Below are positions 19,784-29,272 of a stretch of 64,000 nucleotides of DNA, piece after piece (position 1 is the stretch's first letter; every line of letters begins with the position of its first letter). Position numbers and translations under genes: made by a program. Where the stretch lies: NCBI GenBank assembly GCA_965222115.1, contig CBDCTJ010000007.1:1632001-1696000 (forward strand). The letters are read 5' to 3'. This stretch comes from Planctomycetota bacterium. Its GTDB lineage: Bacteria; Planctomycetota; PLA2; JAEUHO01. The notes beneath the pieces were generated by a model that saw only the letters and a list, made by a program, of their open reading frames with translations, had not been told where the DNA came from and searched no databases.

Positions 19784-21080
19784 TCGCGCCACGTCCATCA
19801 TGCGCGAAGCGGTCCACGCGCTTGTGAAGCATCCGTTGCGTGCGTTCCTTAGTGCCATCACCTGCGCGGTTGCGATCGCCGTTACGGTCAATGTGATCTC
19901 ACTCACATTCGGCCTTGACGAAGATATGCGCACCGACGTGGGCAAGTTTGGTCGGCGTACGATCGACATTGGCCGATTGCCCGTCTTTGGAAGACGCGAA
20001 GCACCGGCAACGATTACAGCAAGCGACGTGCAGCGACTACGAGACACGCTCGCGCCCTACAAGCCACAGCTTGTACCACGGCGACAACTGGGCGTTCCGA
20101 TGCTCGGTACGTCGAACGAAGAGTCGCCCACGAATGTCGATCAAGCGCCTCGGCAATCACTCGTCATTGTCCCCAGCAGCTATCAAGACACGCTCGACGT
20201 CGAGATTATTGCGGGTCGCTGGTTTCGAGCTGATGAACAAGACGCCTGTGTCCTCGACCGCGCACTAGCCAAGGCGCTGGCGCTCATTGATGACGACGGT
20301 CGATCTCGTAGCGAAACGCTTGGATGGGTGCATGCGGAAGTGGGAGGTACACTACGGGCGTTCAAGGTGGTAGGCATTCTCGAAGATCCCATGACCTATC
20401 GCGCGTTGTTTGAGGAGTTTGACTGGGGCCGCAATGCTCGCTCGGTAACGAGTAGCTTGCTTTCGTTTCAAAATGTCTACGTGGCACCGCGACCCAACGA
20501 ACCGATTGATGTATCGGCGATAAGCATCGTGTTCCCAACCGATAAGGCGTGTGCGCAGGCGGCCTCGCTTGTGCGAGACATCTATCCCGCCAGTTTTGAG
20601 AATATCTTTGAGATGATCGGCAAGGGCGAACGCATGGGTCACTTTGTGCGCGCGGAGTGGATGGACGCGCTCGGGAGCACGAGTCAGCAGGGTGTGCTCG
20701 TAGGCAACCTCGTCTGGGTGATCATTGTCTTGGTGGCGGCAATTATGATTGCCACGCTCAACATGGTTGGCATTCGAGAGCGTTATAGCGAATTTGCGAT
20801 CCGTCGCGTGGAGGGCGCGAGACGTAGAGACGTTGCCACCCAAGTACTCTATGAGAATGTTCTCGTTTCATTGGCGGGCGGATTGATGGGATTGCCCCTG
20901 GGATATGGCGGAGCCGCCGTCTTGAGTCGCCTGGTGGGATTCCCGTTCCGCTTCGAACCGCTCTATGCATTGGCAGCCACGGGCATCGCTGTTCTGCTGG
21001 GCATACTTGCCGCGGTGTGGCCTGCCTGGCATGCCGCAAACATTGAACCTGCGCGTGTGCTCTCGAGGAGACTTCGTTGA
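19776..21080 (+). CDS. ABC transporter permease, MacB/FtsX family
   Basis: HPLRAFLS, ERYSEFAIRRVEGARRRDV, PAWHAANIEP; overlaps both neighbours. Confidence 0.88.
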   Translation: MLDRATSIMREAVHALVKHPLRAFLSAITCAVAIAVTVNVISLTFGLDEDMRTDVGKFGRRTIDIGRLPVFGRREAPATITASDVQRLRDTLAPYKPQLVPRRQLGVPMLGTSNEESPTNVDQAPRQSLVIVPSSYQDTLDVEIIAGRWFRADEQDACVLDRALAKALALIDDDGRSRSETLGWVHAEVGGTLRAFKVVGILEDPMTYRALFEEFDWGRNARSVTSSLLSFQNVYVAPRPNEPIDVSAISIVFPTDKACAQAASLVRDIYPASFENIFEMIGKGERMGHFVRAEWMDALGSTSQQGVLVGNLVWVIIVLVAAIMIATLNMVGIRERYSEFAIRRVEGARRRDVATQVLYENVLVSLAGGLMGLPLGYGGAAVLSRLVGFPFRFEPLYALAATGIAVLLGILAAVWPAWHAANIEPARVLSRRLR

Positions 21081-21784
21081 CTCACACCGACGACGCCACC
21101 TCACACGCCGTCGCGCTTGAGGGTGCTTCACGAACGTACGGAAGCGGTTCGCTGAAAGTGCATGCCCTTCGACCCACCGATCTAGTCATTAATCGCGGTG
21201 AGTACATGGCCATCACCGGCCCATCGGGCTCTGGTAAGTCCACACTGTTGCACATTCTCGGCTGCCTTGACCGTCCAACCACGGGCCGCTACTTGTTCGA
21301 CGGTCGCGACGTGTCGGCACTAAGCGACTTAGAACTCGCCGCGATTCGCAATCAAACGATTGGGTTTGTGTTTCAACGATTCCACCTCCTGCGCGACGAG
21401 AGCGCGAGACGAAACGTTGAACTGCCATTGCTCTATGGCGGCCTCCTGCGCCGCGAACGCAGATCACGCGCACTCGCTGCATTGGATCAAGTTGGTCTTG
21501 CTCCACGCGCTACACACACCCCCGGCAAACTCAGCGGCGGCGAACAACAACGCGTCGCCCTCGCTCGCGCGCTCGTCAAGAACCCAAGCCTCCTCCTGGC
21601 CGACGAACCCACCGGCAATCTCGACCTCGCCTCCGGCAATGCTGTCTTGGATCTCATTGATCGTGCCAACGAATCGGGCACCACCGTTGTCATCATTACC
21701 CACGCCGAAGATGTCGCCGCGCGCGCCAAGCGTCGAGTGTGGATAAGGGATGGGGTGGTGTCGGAGGATGCGCCTCATCCTTGA
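21077..21784 (+). CDS. ABC transporter ATP-binding protein (LolD/MacB type)
   Basis: Walker A GPSGSGKST, LSGGEQQRVALARAL, LLADEPTGNLD, ITH. Confidence 0.96.
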   Translation: MTHTDDATSHAVALEGASRTYGSGSLKVHALRPTDLVINRGEYMAITGPSGSGKSTLLHILGCLDRPTTGRYLFDGRDVSALSDLELAAIRNQTIGFVFQRFHLLRDESARRNVELPLLYGGLLRRERRSRALAALDQVGLAPRATHTPGKLSGGEQQRVALARALVKNPSLLLADEPTGNLDLASGNAVLDLIDRANESGTTVVIITHAEDVAARAKRRVWIRDGVVSEDAPHP

Positions 21785-22098
21785 CGTGTGTCGCGCGGGC
21801 TAGTTGTTACTTGGAAGAATGACCGTCGTGTTCTCGTTCGGCCATCCCAATACCGCTGAAGTGCCGCAGCCACATCGCGAACGGGTGCCACGCCGCGAAC
21901 CAGCGCGACGTCGGCCACCAGCAGTTGTCGAAAGGTTACGAGCCGAGCACGGGTCCTTCTCACGTGTTTGTCGCTGAGCGACATTTGTTCACATCGAAGT
22001 CGATGCACGACGGATTTTACCCCATCGAGTCTTGGTCTCCACATCTCCGCACCCATCCAATGACCCGAACATGACTCCTCGTTGCGACGATTGGCCCA

Positions 22099-23859
22099 AT
22101 GAGGCTGTCGGCTATCCTTCTTCTCGTTTTTGTATTTGTGCTTGCGATGATGTGGGAGCATTCTGCGCCCGCTACGCGTGATGTCGAGCCTTCCACGGTA
22201 ACCGATGATCTAGGTATCTGGGTACCGAGCCAGTCCACCTCGCATTCTCCAACTCTAAGTAGTTCGTTCGTGCCGGAACATGAGCCGTTTGATCCGTGGG
22301 TGGATTCGTCAAGCGCGAACTCAAAGGAGGGTATGGCCAGTTCTGACGTCGTTCGTCATGAATCGAGTCGCAAGGCTCCGACGCTTCCGAACGTGTCAAG
22401 CCGAAATGATGTGATCGCTCGTAAGCACAACGATGGAATAATTCTATATGCGCCGGCTACGCGTCGCGCCACTACAAGGAAACAGCACGGCCTCCTCTAC
22501 GGCCTTCCAAAGGACGAGTACCCGGAGAATGCTTATCCGGTGGTCGTCTATGACGTGTCAGCGTTCGCGCCGCGAATCTACTCGGGCGTGGCCGGTGACT
22601 TTACGGAATACGTCTCTAGTGAGGCGCAGCACCGACCAAGTGAACCGTCGGTTTTGATGTCGATGCTTGAAGCGTTCGTATCACAGTCCGATGATTCCGC
22701 GTGGGATCCAGAGCTCACGCTACTGGCATTCGAGGAGCAGGAGGGGCGAGTTTGGATCCGTCAATCTGAAGCGCTGGTTCAAGAGTTTGAGGCCTATCTC
22801 GATCGCCTCGATCAGCGTGACGTGCGGGCGATCCACGTTGAGTTCGTACCGAATGTGCGCGACGGTATGGCACCCGAGACATTGCGCGTCGCCGTACCGT
22901 GGCAAGCGACTGCGGTGGCCACTTCAGGATTGTATGAGACGTACATCTATGACTACGACGTGGAGATAAGTACGGGTGGCCCGAAATTGGGAAACATGTT
23001 CGTCGCCACCGCGGGTCGCGGCACGACATTGCGTGCGACATGGACGGCCCCCGAAACCCTGCACATTTGCATTAAGACGTTGCCTGAGATGCCGGAGCTT
23101 AAACCTCTTCGAATCGCGTCGAGTAACAAGCCGATTGCCGACAACGTGACCATGCCTGTCCACATAGACCTTGAGACGCCGGAGCCAAAGCCTATGGAGT
23201 GGCGGGCAACCATCTCACTCAAGCGAGATGCCAAGCAGGTCGTTCGCGTCGGCGACCGAGACTTGGGGATGCTTCGAGTAATGATCGATCGATGCGAGTC
23301 GCGACGAAACTGGCGTCGTGTCTCTCCTTACTTGCAAGTGCGCGTAGGAAGGGCGTTTAGGAACTCATTCAATCTTGAACTCATACTGCGGGGAACTCGC
23401 TCGGGATTCCTGGGAACTTGTACGGAGTCTTTTTTATTGGGTCAAAACCGGACAAGTCAGTGTTTTAGGAAGGCAAGTCCTGGCGGGACGTCCTTGAGCG
23501 GACTCAAAGACGCCGAGTGGTTGGGCGCCTATTCCGGCGCCGATGTGAGTCAGCCCGAGGCGGGTCGAATCGCCTTTGACCTGTGTTGCTTCGATCGGCG
23601 CGCCGCGAGTGCGCGCATCGAGTTTCTGCTTTCCGCAACGCAGTGGACCGGAACGTCTCGATCTGCTCAGGTGCGTTATCCGGGCTCAACATGGCGCGAG
23701 ATGGAGACTGTGGATTTTCCGACGAACTATGTTTGTGCCGCGTCTCGCGTCTTTGAGATTCGCGACGGCGAGACACGTGAGCTCACGTTCGATGCGAATC
23801 TGGGGTTGGGCCCCGAAGAGCTTCGGCTCACCGTTCGTCGGATACCGGAGATCAAGTAG
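22099..23859 (+). CDS. Hypothetical exported protein with secretin(GspD)-like segments
   Basis: N-terminal hydrophobic segment; VVVYDVS, VWIRQSEALVQEFEAYLDRL and TYIYDYDVEI recall planctomycete secretin-like proteins; family call is weak. Confidence 0.55.
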   Translation: MRLSAILLLVFVFVLAMMWEHSAPATRDVEPSTVTDDLGIWVPSQSTSHSPTLSSSFVPEHEPFDPWVDSSSANSKEGMASSDVVRHESSRKAPTLPNVSSRNDVIARKHNDGIILYAPATRRATTRKQHGLLYGLPKDEYPENAYPVVVYDVSAFAPRIYSGVAGDFTEYVSSEAQHRPSEPSVLMSMLEAFVSQSDDSAWDPELTLLAFEEQEGRVWIRQSEALVQEFEAYLDRLDQRDVRAIHVEFVPNVRDGMAPETLRVAVPWQATAVATSGLYETYIYDYDVEISTGGPKLGNMFVATAGRGTTLRATWTAPETLHICIKTLPEMPELKPLRIASSNKPIADNVTMPVHIDLETPEPKPMEWRATISLKRDAKQVVRVGDRDLGMLRVMIDRCESRRNWRRVSPYLQVRVGRAFRNSFNLELILRGTRSGFLGTCTESFLLGQNRTSQCFRKASPGGTSLSGLKDAEWLGAYSGADVSQPEAGRIAFDLCCFDRRAASARIEFLLSATQWTGTSRSAQVRYPGSTWREMETVDFPTNYVCAASRVFEIRDGETRELTFDANLGLGPEELRLTVRRIPEIK

Positions 23860-23899
23860 CTTCGCCATTGATTGAATAAGAGTCTGACGAGATACCTGC

Positions 23900-24454
23900 T
23901 TGCGACCCTACACTGTCTGGGTGCTTGAAGTGCTCGCCATTCTTGTGCTACTGGCTGCGATTGGCTTGGGCATCATTGCGTTTCGGGGGTGGCGGGCCAC
24001 GCTCAATCTTGCGCGGGAGATGATTCAGATTCGGCAGCGCATCATCGCGTTGGAGGATGGCTTGCGAGCCATGCGTGCGAATCGCGAGGAAGATGAAATC
24101 GACCTTGTGGAACAGCGCGGCATCGATGCGTCGCTTGGCATCCTTCGCGAGCGGCTCGACGTCGTGGAGGGGCGGCTGGCCGAGGTGGCTCGCCGCGTTG
24201 CCGGTGGCACTGCGGTCTCGCTCGACGTGGAAGAACCGCTGCCGCAAGAAGCCTCGCCCCTGGAACGGGCGGTTCGGCGCCATCTTCGAGCGCAGGGCTA
24301 TGAGCGCATTGTCGTCTTAGATCTGGATGAAGACTACGAAACAGCCTGGATCGAGGCGGAGCGCGGCGGCGTGACCGCCAAAGGCACCGCTTCCCGTGGT
24401 GCCGACGGCCGCATTGAGCTCTCGACCGAGAGCACCGTCCGTTCGTTTCCGTAG
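23900..24454 (+). CDS. Hypothetical membrane-anchored coiled-coil protein
   Basis: N-terminal TM helix, coiled coil, small C-terminal alpha/beta domain. Confidence 0.7.
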   Translation: MRPYTVWVLEVLAILVLLAAIGLGIIAFRGWRATLNLAREMIQIRQRIIALEDGLRAMRANREEDEIDLVEQRGIDASLGILRERLDVVEGRLAEVARRVAGGTAVSLDVEEPLPQEASPLERAVRRHLRAQGYERIVVLDLDEDYETAWIEAERGGVTAKGTASRGADGRIELSTESTVRSFP

Positions 24455-24520
24455 TCTCGTCCAGCGTGCGGGCGGCGAAACGCCAGATCACGCGACAGTC
24501 TGCACTGGGAGCTTCCGACA

Positions 24521-27271
24521 ATGGAACGGTCAACGCTGATCTATGTGCTTGCGTTCCTTCTGCTGCTCGGGGGTGGGGCCGCACTGATTGTGCCGATGTT
24601 GCAGGGGCCTAGGATATTCAATGGTCCGCCGATTGAATCTCGTCCACGTGATCAAGTGTCGCCAGACAAAGACGCGGATAGTAAAACGACAAGCGAGACC
24701 AACGCTACAAGTGTTGATGTTCCGAAGCATACATGGCCCGAGATTGACGTCACGATCAAGCGTCCTGGTTCCGATGCGAGCGGTAAGCTGCAAGTGTTTG
24801 GCGCTGATCTCATCGGCGACGCCGTTCCGAATAGCGAGGGGTGGACAGCGCGACTTCAACCAAGGGATGAACCTGTTTGGATAGCGGCGCCATCGGCGGC
24901 ATGGACGTTGGTAGAACTCGATGAACTCACTCGCGAACAGCCAGTTGTGCTCAAACCCGCGTCAAAGCCCATCACCGTTTCGTTGGTCGAGGCCGACGGC
25001 ACGCCCGCAGCCGATACGCCGTTTTTCGTCCGACCAGGTCCGGCCGAAAACACGTATCGCACCAATGAAACGGGCGTCGCGAAGCTAGACCATATGCCGC
25101 GAGGCCTCATTTGGATTGGCGCGTCGACGATGGAACGGTCCGGCGCTTCGCTTCGTATCGACACGACAAAGACAACGAGTGTGACGTTAGCTTTAGAACC
25201 CGCCTGGCACATTCGTGGTAAGGCCGTGGATGAAGCGGGAAATCCAATTTCTGGCGCTGCAGTCCGCGTAATGGTTCCCGGTGCCGAATCGGGACGGTCC
25301 GTAACGACCGACAAAGCGGGGATGTTTCATTGGAAGGGTCCTGCTGCTGCACGGGTTGCCCTTGAAGTGAAACGCAACGGATTTGTAGGACATCGCATCG
25401 CAGTGACGCCGCCGGCGGTGGGGGCGATGGAAACCGATGTAGGAACGCTACACATTGTTGAGCGAGGATTTCGGCTGGAAGGGCGTGTGGCCGGCCTCGA
25501 CGAGATTGCCGACGCACGTCCGCGCATTGAAATCGAGCCCGCCGCCGCGGCCGTCGTCGCCGACATGTTTGGCGCGGGCCATGTCGTTTCGGTACCAACG
25601 ATCGTGGACGTCGCTGTCGATGGAACATTCGCGGCTGACGATCTTCCCGCCGATTTGCCCCTACGCATTTCGCTGCGCGGCGCAGGCGTGGATGTGGATG
25701 TGCGCATCTTAGGTGCTGAAGGTGCTACAAAGTCTCTGGAACTTGTTGCCGCTGCGGGTGAGACCCTTTCCGGCGCCGTGCTTGGCCCCAATGGAGAACC
25801 TGCCGCGGGACAAGTGCTATTGTTTTCACACGAGCCGCGCGATGGCAATGCGATGCAGTCCGACGACTTGCGCGTAGTTACCGATGCCGAAGGGCGTTTT
25901 CATCTATCTGGAGTCGTTGACCCGCGTCTCTTCGTGCGTGGCTATCGCGAAGGCTGCCGGAGTTTGCTTGAGACGATCGACCTGCCTCAAGAAACGCCGG
26001 CACAATTTCGCATGGAGTCCGCACTCACCGATGCCACACGGCGCGTAACGGGTACCGTGCGCGATGACGAAGGCAAACCGCTCGGTGGCGTCCGTGTGCA
26101 AGCCGCAGGCGTGAGCACCGTATCCAAGAACGACGGAACCTATGTGCTCGAAGGCGTTGAATCTCTGGCGCCTCAGATTTCGCTCTCGGCTGCGTTTCCT
26201 CTTGCACACGAAACACCGGCGGGGATTGAAGCAGCCTCGTTCTCTCCCGCCGCGGTTCGCATGAAGCCCGGTACCAATCCGGTCGACCTCAAACTCGCGC
26301 GCAGTGCAACGCTTAAGCTGCGTTTGTTGGACGGCATCGACGACGCGCCGATTCGCTTTGTGCATGTCGTTGCCCAAGCAACCAAAGGTGGTGCTGTACT
26401 GATTGATCGCGGCGTAGCAACTGCCGATGGCTCCGTTACGTTGGCCGGACTCTCGCCCGTGGCGATGAACCTCTCGCTCATGACCCACAATCGCCGGCTC
26501 ACCAAGTCGATTACGTTGCGCAGCGGAAAGACCCTAGATCTGGGTGACGTGTTGATGCCGCACGGCTTTCGCGTGACGGGCACCGTGACTGACGAGGCGG
26601 GCAAGCCATTGGCAGGCGCCACCGTGGGGGCACTTGATTCGGCATGGCAAACCCGCGGCAGCGACATCAGCAAAGAGCGCGAACTTCTCTTCCGCAGCAC
26701 CGTGACCGACAAGCAGGGACGCTACTCTCTGGAAGGGCTTGACCCTTCCGAGCCCGCGCAGATCGCCTATTGCGCGCTCGACTTTGCACCGCGCGCCAAG
26801 AAAGTGAATCCACCCAAAGACATCGCCTCGGGAATCAACGTAACGACCGACGTCAAGTTGAGCAAAGGTGCTTTCCTTGTCTTGGAACTGCTCCACGAAA
26901 CCGCCGAAGGCAGTGGCGACGGCGTGTTCGGCGCGCTCATCGATCTCGAGTACGCACGCGACGGCAGCGACTACCTCGACGTCGTTCACTGGGGCGCCCT
27001 CGGAGGACCCGTGTGCTCCGGCGATGGCTGGCGCCGTGCAAGCGACTTGTTGCTTATGGAGCAAGAACAAGACGGTCTTTATATTGCGGGCCCCTTGCTT
27101 CCCGGACCGTACGACTTGTTGGTGAGCCGCCCCGGGTTCAAGCGTATGCATCGCCGGCTTACGGTGATGAAGCCGGGTGCGGTGATCATGCGAAGCTCGC
27201 TTGAGATGGATAATCCGAGGTTGTTTGGGCGGTCGACGAAGTTTCGGTTTGAATTGACGCCGTGGAAGTAA
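24521..27271 (+). CDS. Carboxypeptidase-regulatory-like (Cna-B/transthyretin-fold) repeat protein
   Basis: N-terminal anchor; repeated GxVxDExGxP(I/L)xGAxV...TDxxGxF/Y modules. Confidence 0.85.
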   Translation: MERSTLIYVLAFLLLLGGGAALIVPMLQGPRIFNGPPIESRPRDQVSPDKDADSKTTSETNATSVDVPKHTWPEIDVTIKRPGSDASGKLQVFGADLIGDAVPNSEGWTARLQPRDEPVWIAAPSAAWTLVELDELTREQPVVLKPASKPITVSLVEADGTPAADTPFFVRPGPAENTYRTNETGVAKLDHMPRGLIWIGASTMERSGASLRIDTTKTTSVTLALEPAWHIRGKAVDEAGNPISGAAVRVMVPGAESGRSVTTDKAGMFHWKGPAAARVALEVKRNGFVGHRIAVTPPAVGAMETDVGTLHIVERGFRLEGRVAGLDEIADARPRIEIEPAAAAVVADMFGAGHVVSVPTIVDVAVDGTFAADDLPADLPLRISLRGAGVDVDVRILGAEGATKSLELVAAAGETLSGAVLGPNGEPAAGQVLLFSHEPRDGNAMQSDDLRVVTDAEGRFHLSGVVDPRLFVRGYREGCRSLLETIDLPQETPAQFRMESALTDATRRVTGTVRDDEGKPLGGVRVQAAGVSTVSKNDGTYVLEGVESLAPQISLSAAFPLAHETPAGIEAASFSPAAVRMKPGTNPVDLKLARSATLKLRLLDGIDDAPIRFVHVVAQATKGGAVLIDRGVATADGSVTLAGLSPVAMNLSLMTHNRRLTKSITLRSGKTLDLGDVLMPHGFRVTGTVTDEAGKPLAGATVGALDSAWQTRGSDISKERELLFRSTVTDKQGRYSLEGLDPSEPAQIAYCALDFAPRAKKVNPPKDIASGINVTTDVKLSKGAFLVLELLHETAEGSGDGVFGALIDLEYARDGSDYLDVVHWGALGGPVCSGDGWRRASDLLLMEQEQDGLYIAGPLLPGPYDLLVSRPGFKRMHRRLTVMKPGAVIMRSSLEMDNPRLFGRSTKFRFELTPWK

Positions 27272-27299
27272 CCGTTCCTCTTCGGAAGTTCCACTGAAG

Positions 27300-27521
27300 C
27301 TGAACCTGAATCTTTCGCCGGATCTTGACCCTGATGGATGGGGGCTTGTGGCTGCTTGAAGGCGGCGCGGACTTCGGGGGCGGGGAAACCGAGACTCCCC
27401 CCTCTACCTCTGGGAGAGGGGGGCTTTGGAGCCGCGTACTGCTCTCAATTCACTCACGGCCTCCCCATATGACGCGACATCAGATTCAAAAGATAGGGTC
27501 AGGCCAAAGATTCAGGTTCAG
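27300..27521. repeat. Long inverted repeat with an internal GC hairpin between convergent genes
   Basis: ctgaacctgaatcttt (27300-27315) is the exact reverse complement of aaagattcaggttcag (27506-27521); inner hairpin cccccctct-N9-agagggggg at 27397-27423. Confidence 0.75.
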
Positions 27522-27555
27522 AAACGGGAGCAACCGTCAAGCTCGAACACCTACC

Positions 27556-29052
27556 TCATCCCTCCACACATTCCCGTTTCGTCACATTTCTGGACGCGCG
27601 ACTTCTCTCCGACTCAATCGACGACAATACCGATTCATCCACATCCCCGGTCGGATAGTCGCCATCCATACACGCTCTGCAAAACCGGCTGACTCTGGCG
27701 ACCGGACCGCGCACGGCTTCAACCATGGCATCGAGCGGCAAATACACAATCGCGTCGGCGCCGAGGATCTTGGCGATGTCTTCGTCGGAGCGCTCGTCTT
27801 TGGCGAGGAACTCGTCGCGGGTTTGCATGTCTACGCCGTACACGCATGGGTGCTTGATGCGCGGTGAGGCGACGCCAATGTAGACGGCAGTGGCGCCGGC
27901 CTTGCGGACCATGTCCACCACGGATTTCGTCGTGGTGCCGCGGACGACGGAGTCGTCGATGAGCAGGACGCCCTTGCCGTCGAGTTCCATGGGGAGCGTG
28001 GTGAGTTTGGCGCGCACGTTCTTTTTGCGGTTGGCTTGGCCGGGCATGATGAAGGTGCGACCGACATAGCGATTCTTGAGTAGTCCTTCGCGGTAGTGGA
28101 CGCGGAGTTTCCAAGCGCACTCAAGTGCTGCGGGACGGGCGGAGTCGGGCACGGGGACAACTACATCGGGCTCGATACCGCGCGCTTTAATGTGCCTGGC
28201 GAGTTCCGCACCAAGACGGAGGCGCGCTTTGTAGACCGAGATGTCGTCAATCACGCTGTCGGGGCGCGCGAAATAGATGAACTCGAATACGCAAGGGCGG
28301 TGTTCGGTGGCGCCGTTCTTTTGAAGCACCTGGGACCGCATGCCGAGTGCGTCGATAAGCACAACTTCGCCGGGCTTTAGGTCACGCACCGGTTCAAAGC
28401 CAATCACCGTGAGCGCCACGCTTTCGCTGGCCACGGCGAATGACTCGCGACCGTCGATTTCACGCTTGCCAAGAATGGCGGGCTTGATGCCGAACGGGTC
28501 GCGGAAGGCAACAAGACCGCGTCCACCAACCATTGCTACGCCACTGTAGGAACCGCGCACGCGAGAGAAGACCTCCTGCATGCTGTTCATCACCGTGTCG
28601 TCCCAGGAGCGCTTTTCGTTTCCCGTCTCTCGTGCAAGCGCGGCGGCGAATACGTTTAGAATCGCTTCCACGTCACACGTAGTGCTCAGTCGTCGGCAGT
28701 CGTCGTCGAGCAGGCTCTGTTTGAGTTCGGGAAAGTTGGTGACGTTGCCGTTGTGAGCCATGGCAATGCCATAGGGCGTATTGGTATAGAGCGGTTGCGC
28801 GTCCATGGCGGTGCCGCCGCCCACGGTTGGATAGCGCGTGTGTCCGAGTGCCATCGAACCGGGCAAGCGCAACATGTCGCCTTCGCGAAAGACGTCGCGC
28901 ACCATGCCCGTACCGCGGCGATGATGAAAGCGATCGCCATCAAATGACGATATGCCCGCCGCATCCTGGCCGCGGTGCTGCAAAACGAGCAGCGAGTCGG
29001 CAAGTTCGCCGGCCGCATGTCTGCTACCAATCAGTCCGATAAAACCGCACAT
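27556..29052 (-). CDS. purF: Amidophosphoribosyltransferase
   Basis: MCG N-terminal nucleophile, QHRGQDAAG, GHTRYPT, AHNGN, CVFEFIYFARPDS, LIDDSVVRGTT, Fe-S ligands including FCRAC. Confidence 0.97.
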   Translation of the reverse strand: MCGFIGLIGSRHAAGELADSLLVLQHRGQDAAGISSFDGDRFHHRRGTGMVRDVFREGDMLRLPGSMALGHTRYPTVGGGTAMDAQPLYTNTPYGIAMAHNGNVTNFPELKQSLLDDDCRRLSTTCDVEAILNVFAAALARETGNEKRSWDDTVMNSMQEVFSRVRGSYSGVAMVGGRGLVAFRDPFGIKPAILGKREIDGRESFAVASESVALTVIGFEPVRDLKPGEVVLIDALGMRSQVLQKNGATEHRPCVFEFIYFARPDSVIDDISVYKARLRLGAELARHIKARGIEPDVVVPVPDSARPAALECAWKLRVHYREGLLKNRYVGRTFIMPGQANRKKNVRAKLTTLPMELDGKGVLLIDDSVVRGTTTKSVVDMVRKAGATAVYIGVASPRIKHPCVYGVDMQTRDEFLAKDERSDEDIAKILGADAIVYLPLDAMVEAVRGPVARVSRFCRACMDGDYPTGDVDESVLSSIESERSRASRNVTKRECVEG

Positions 29053-29272
29053 CGCGTTTCGGCACTCCAGCCCACTCGGCGAGCCCAGTCCTCTAGACAA
29101 ACACTTTGTCACGACACGGTCGCCTTGGAGTCGGCGCGGGAAGTCTACCCCAAAGGTCCAACGCTTACGGGTGTGAAACTCGTCGGGCCCAAGATGTTCA
29201 GCCGTCCGCGGCTCCCAAATCGTGGCTACAATTTCGCGCGCGCAGCCGGCGCGGCCCTCGGATGGAGACGCT

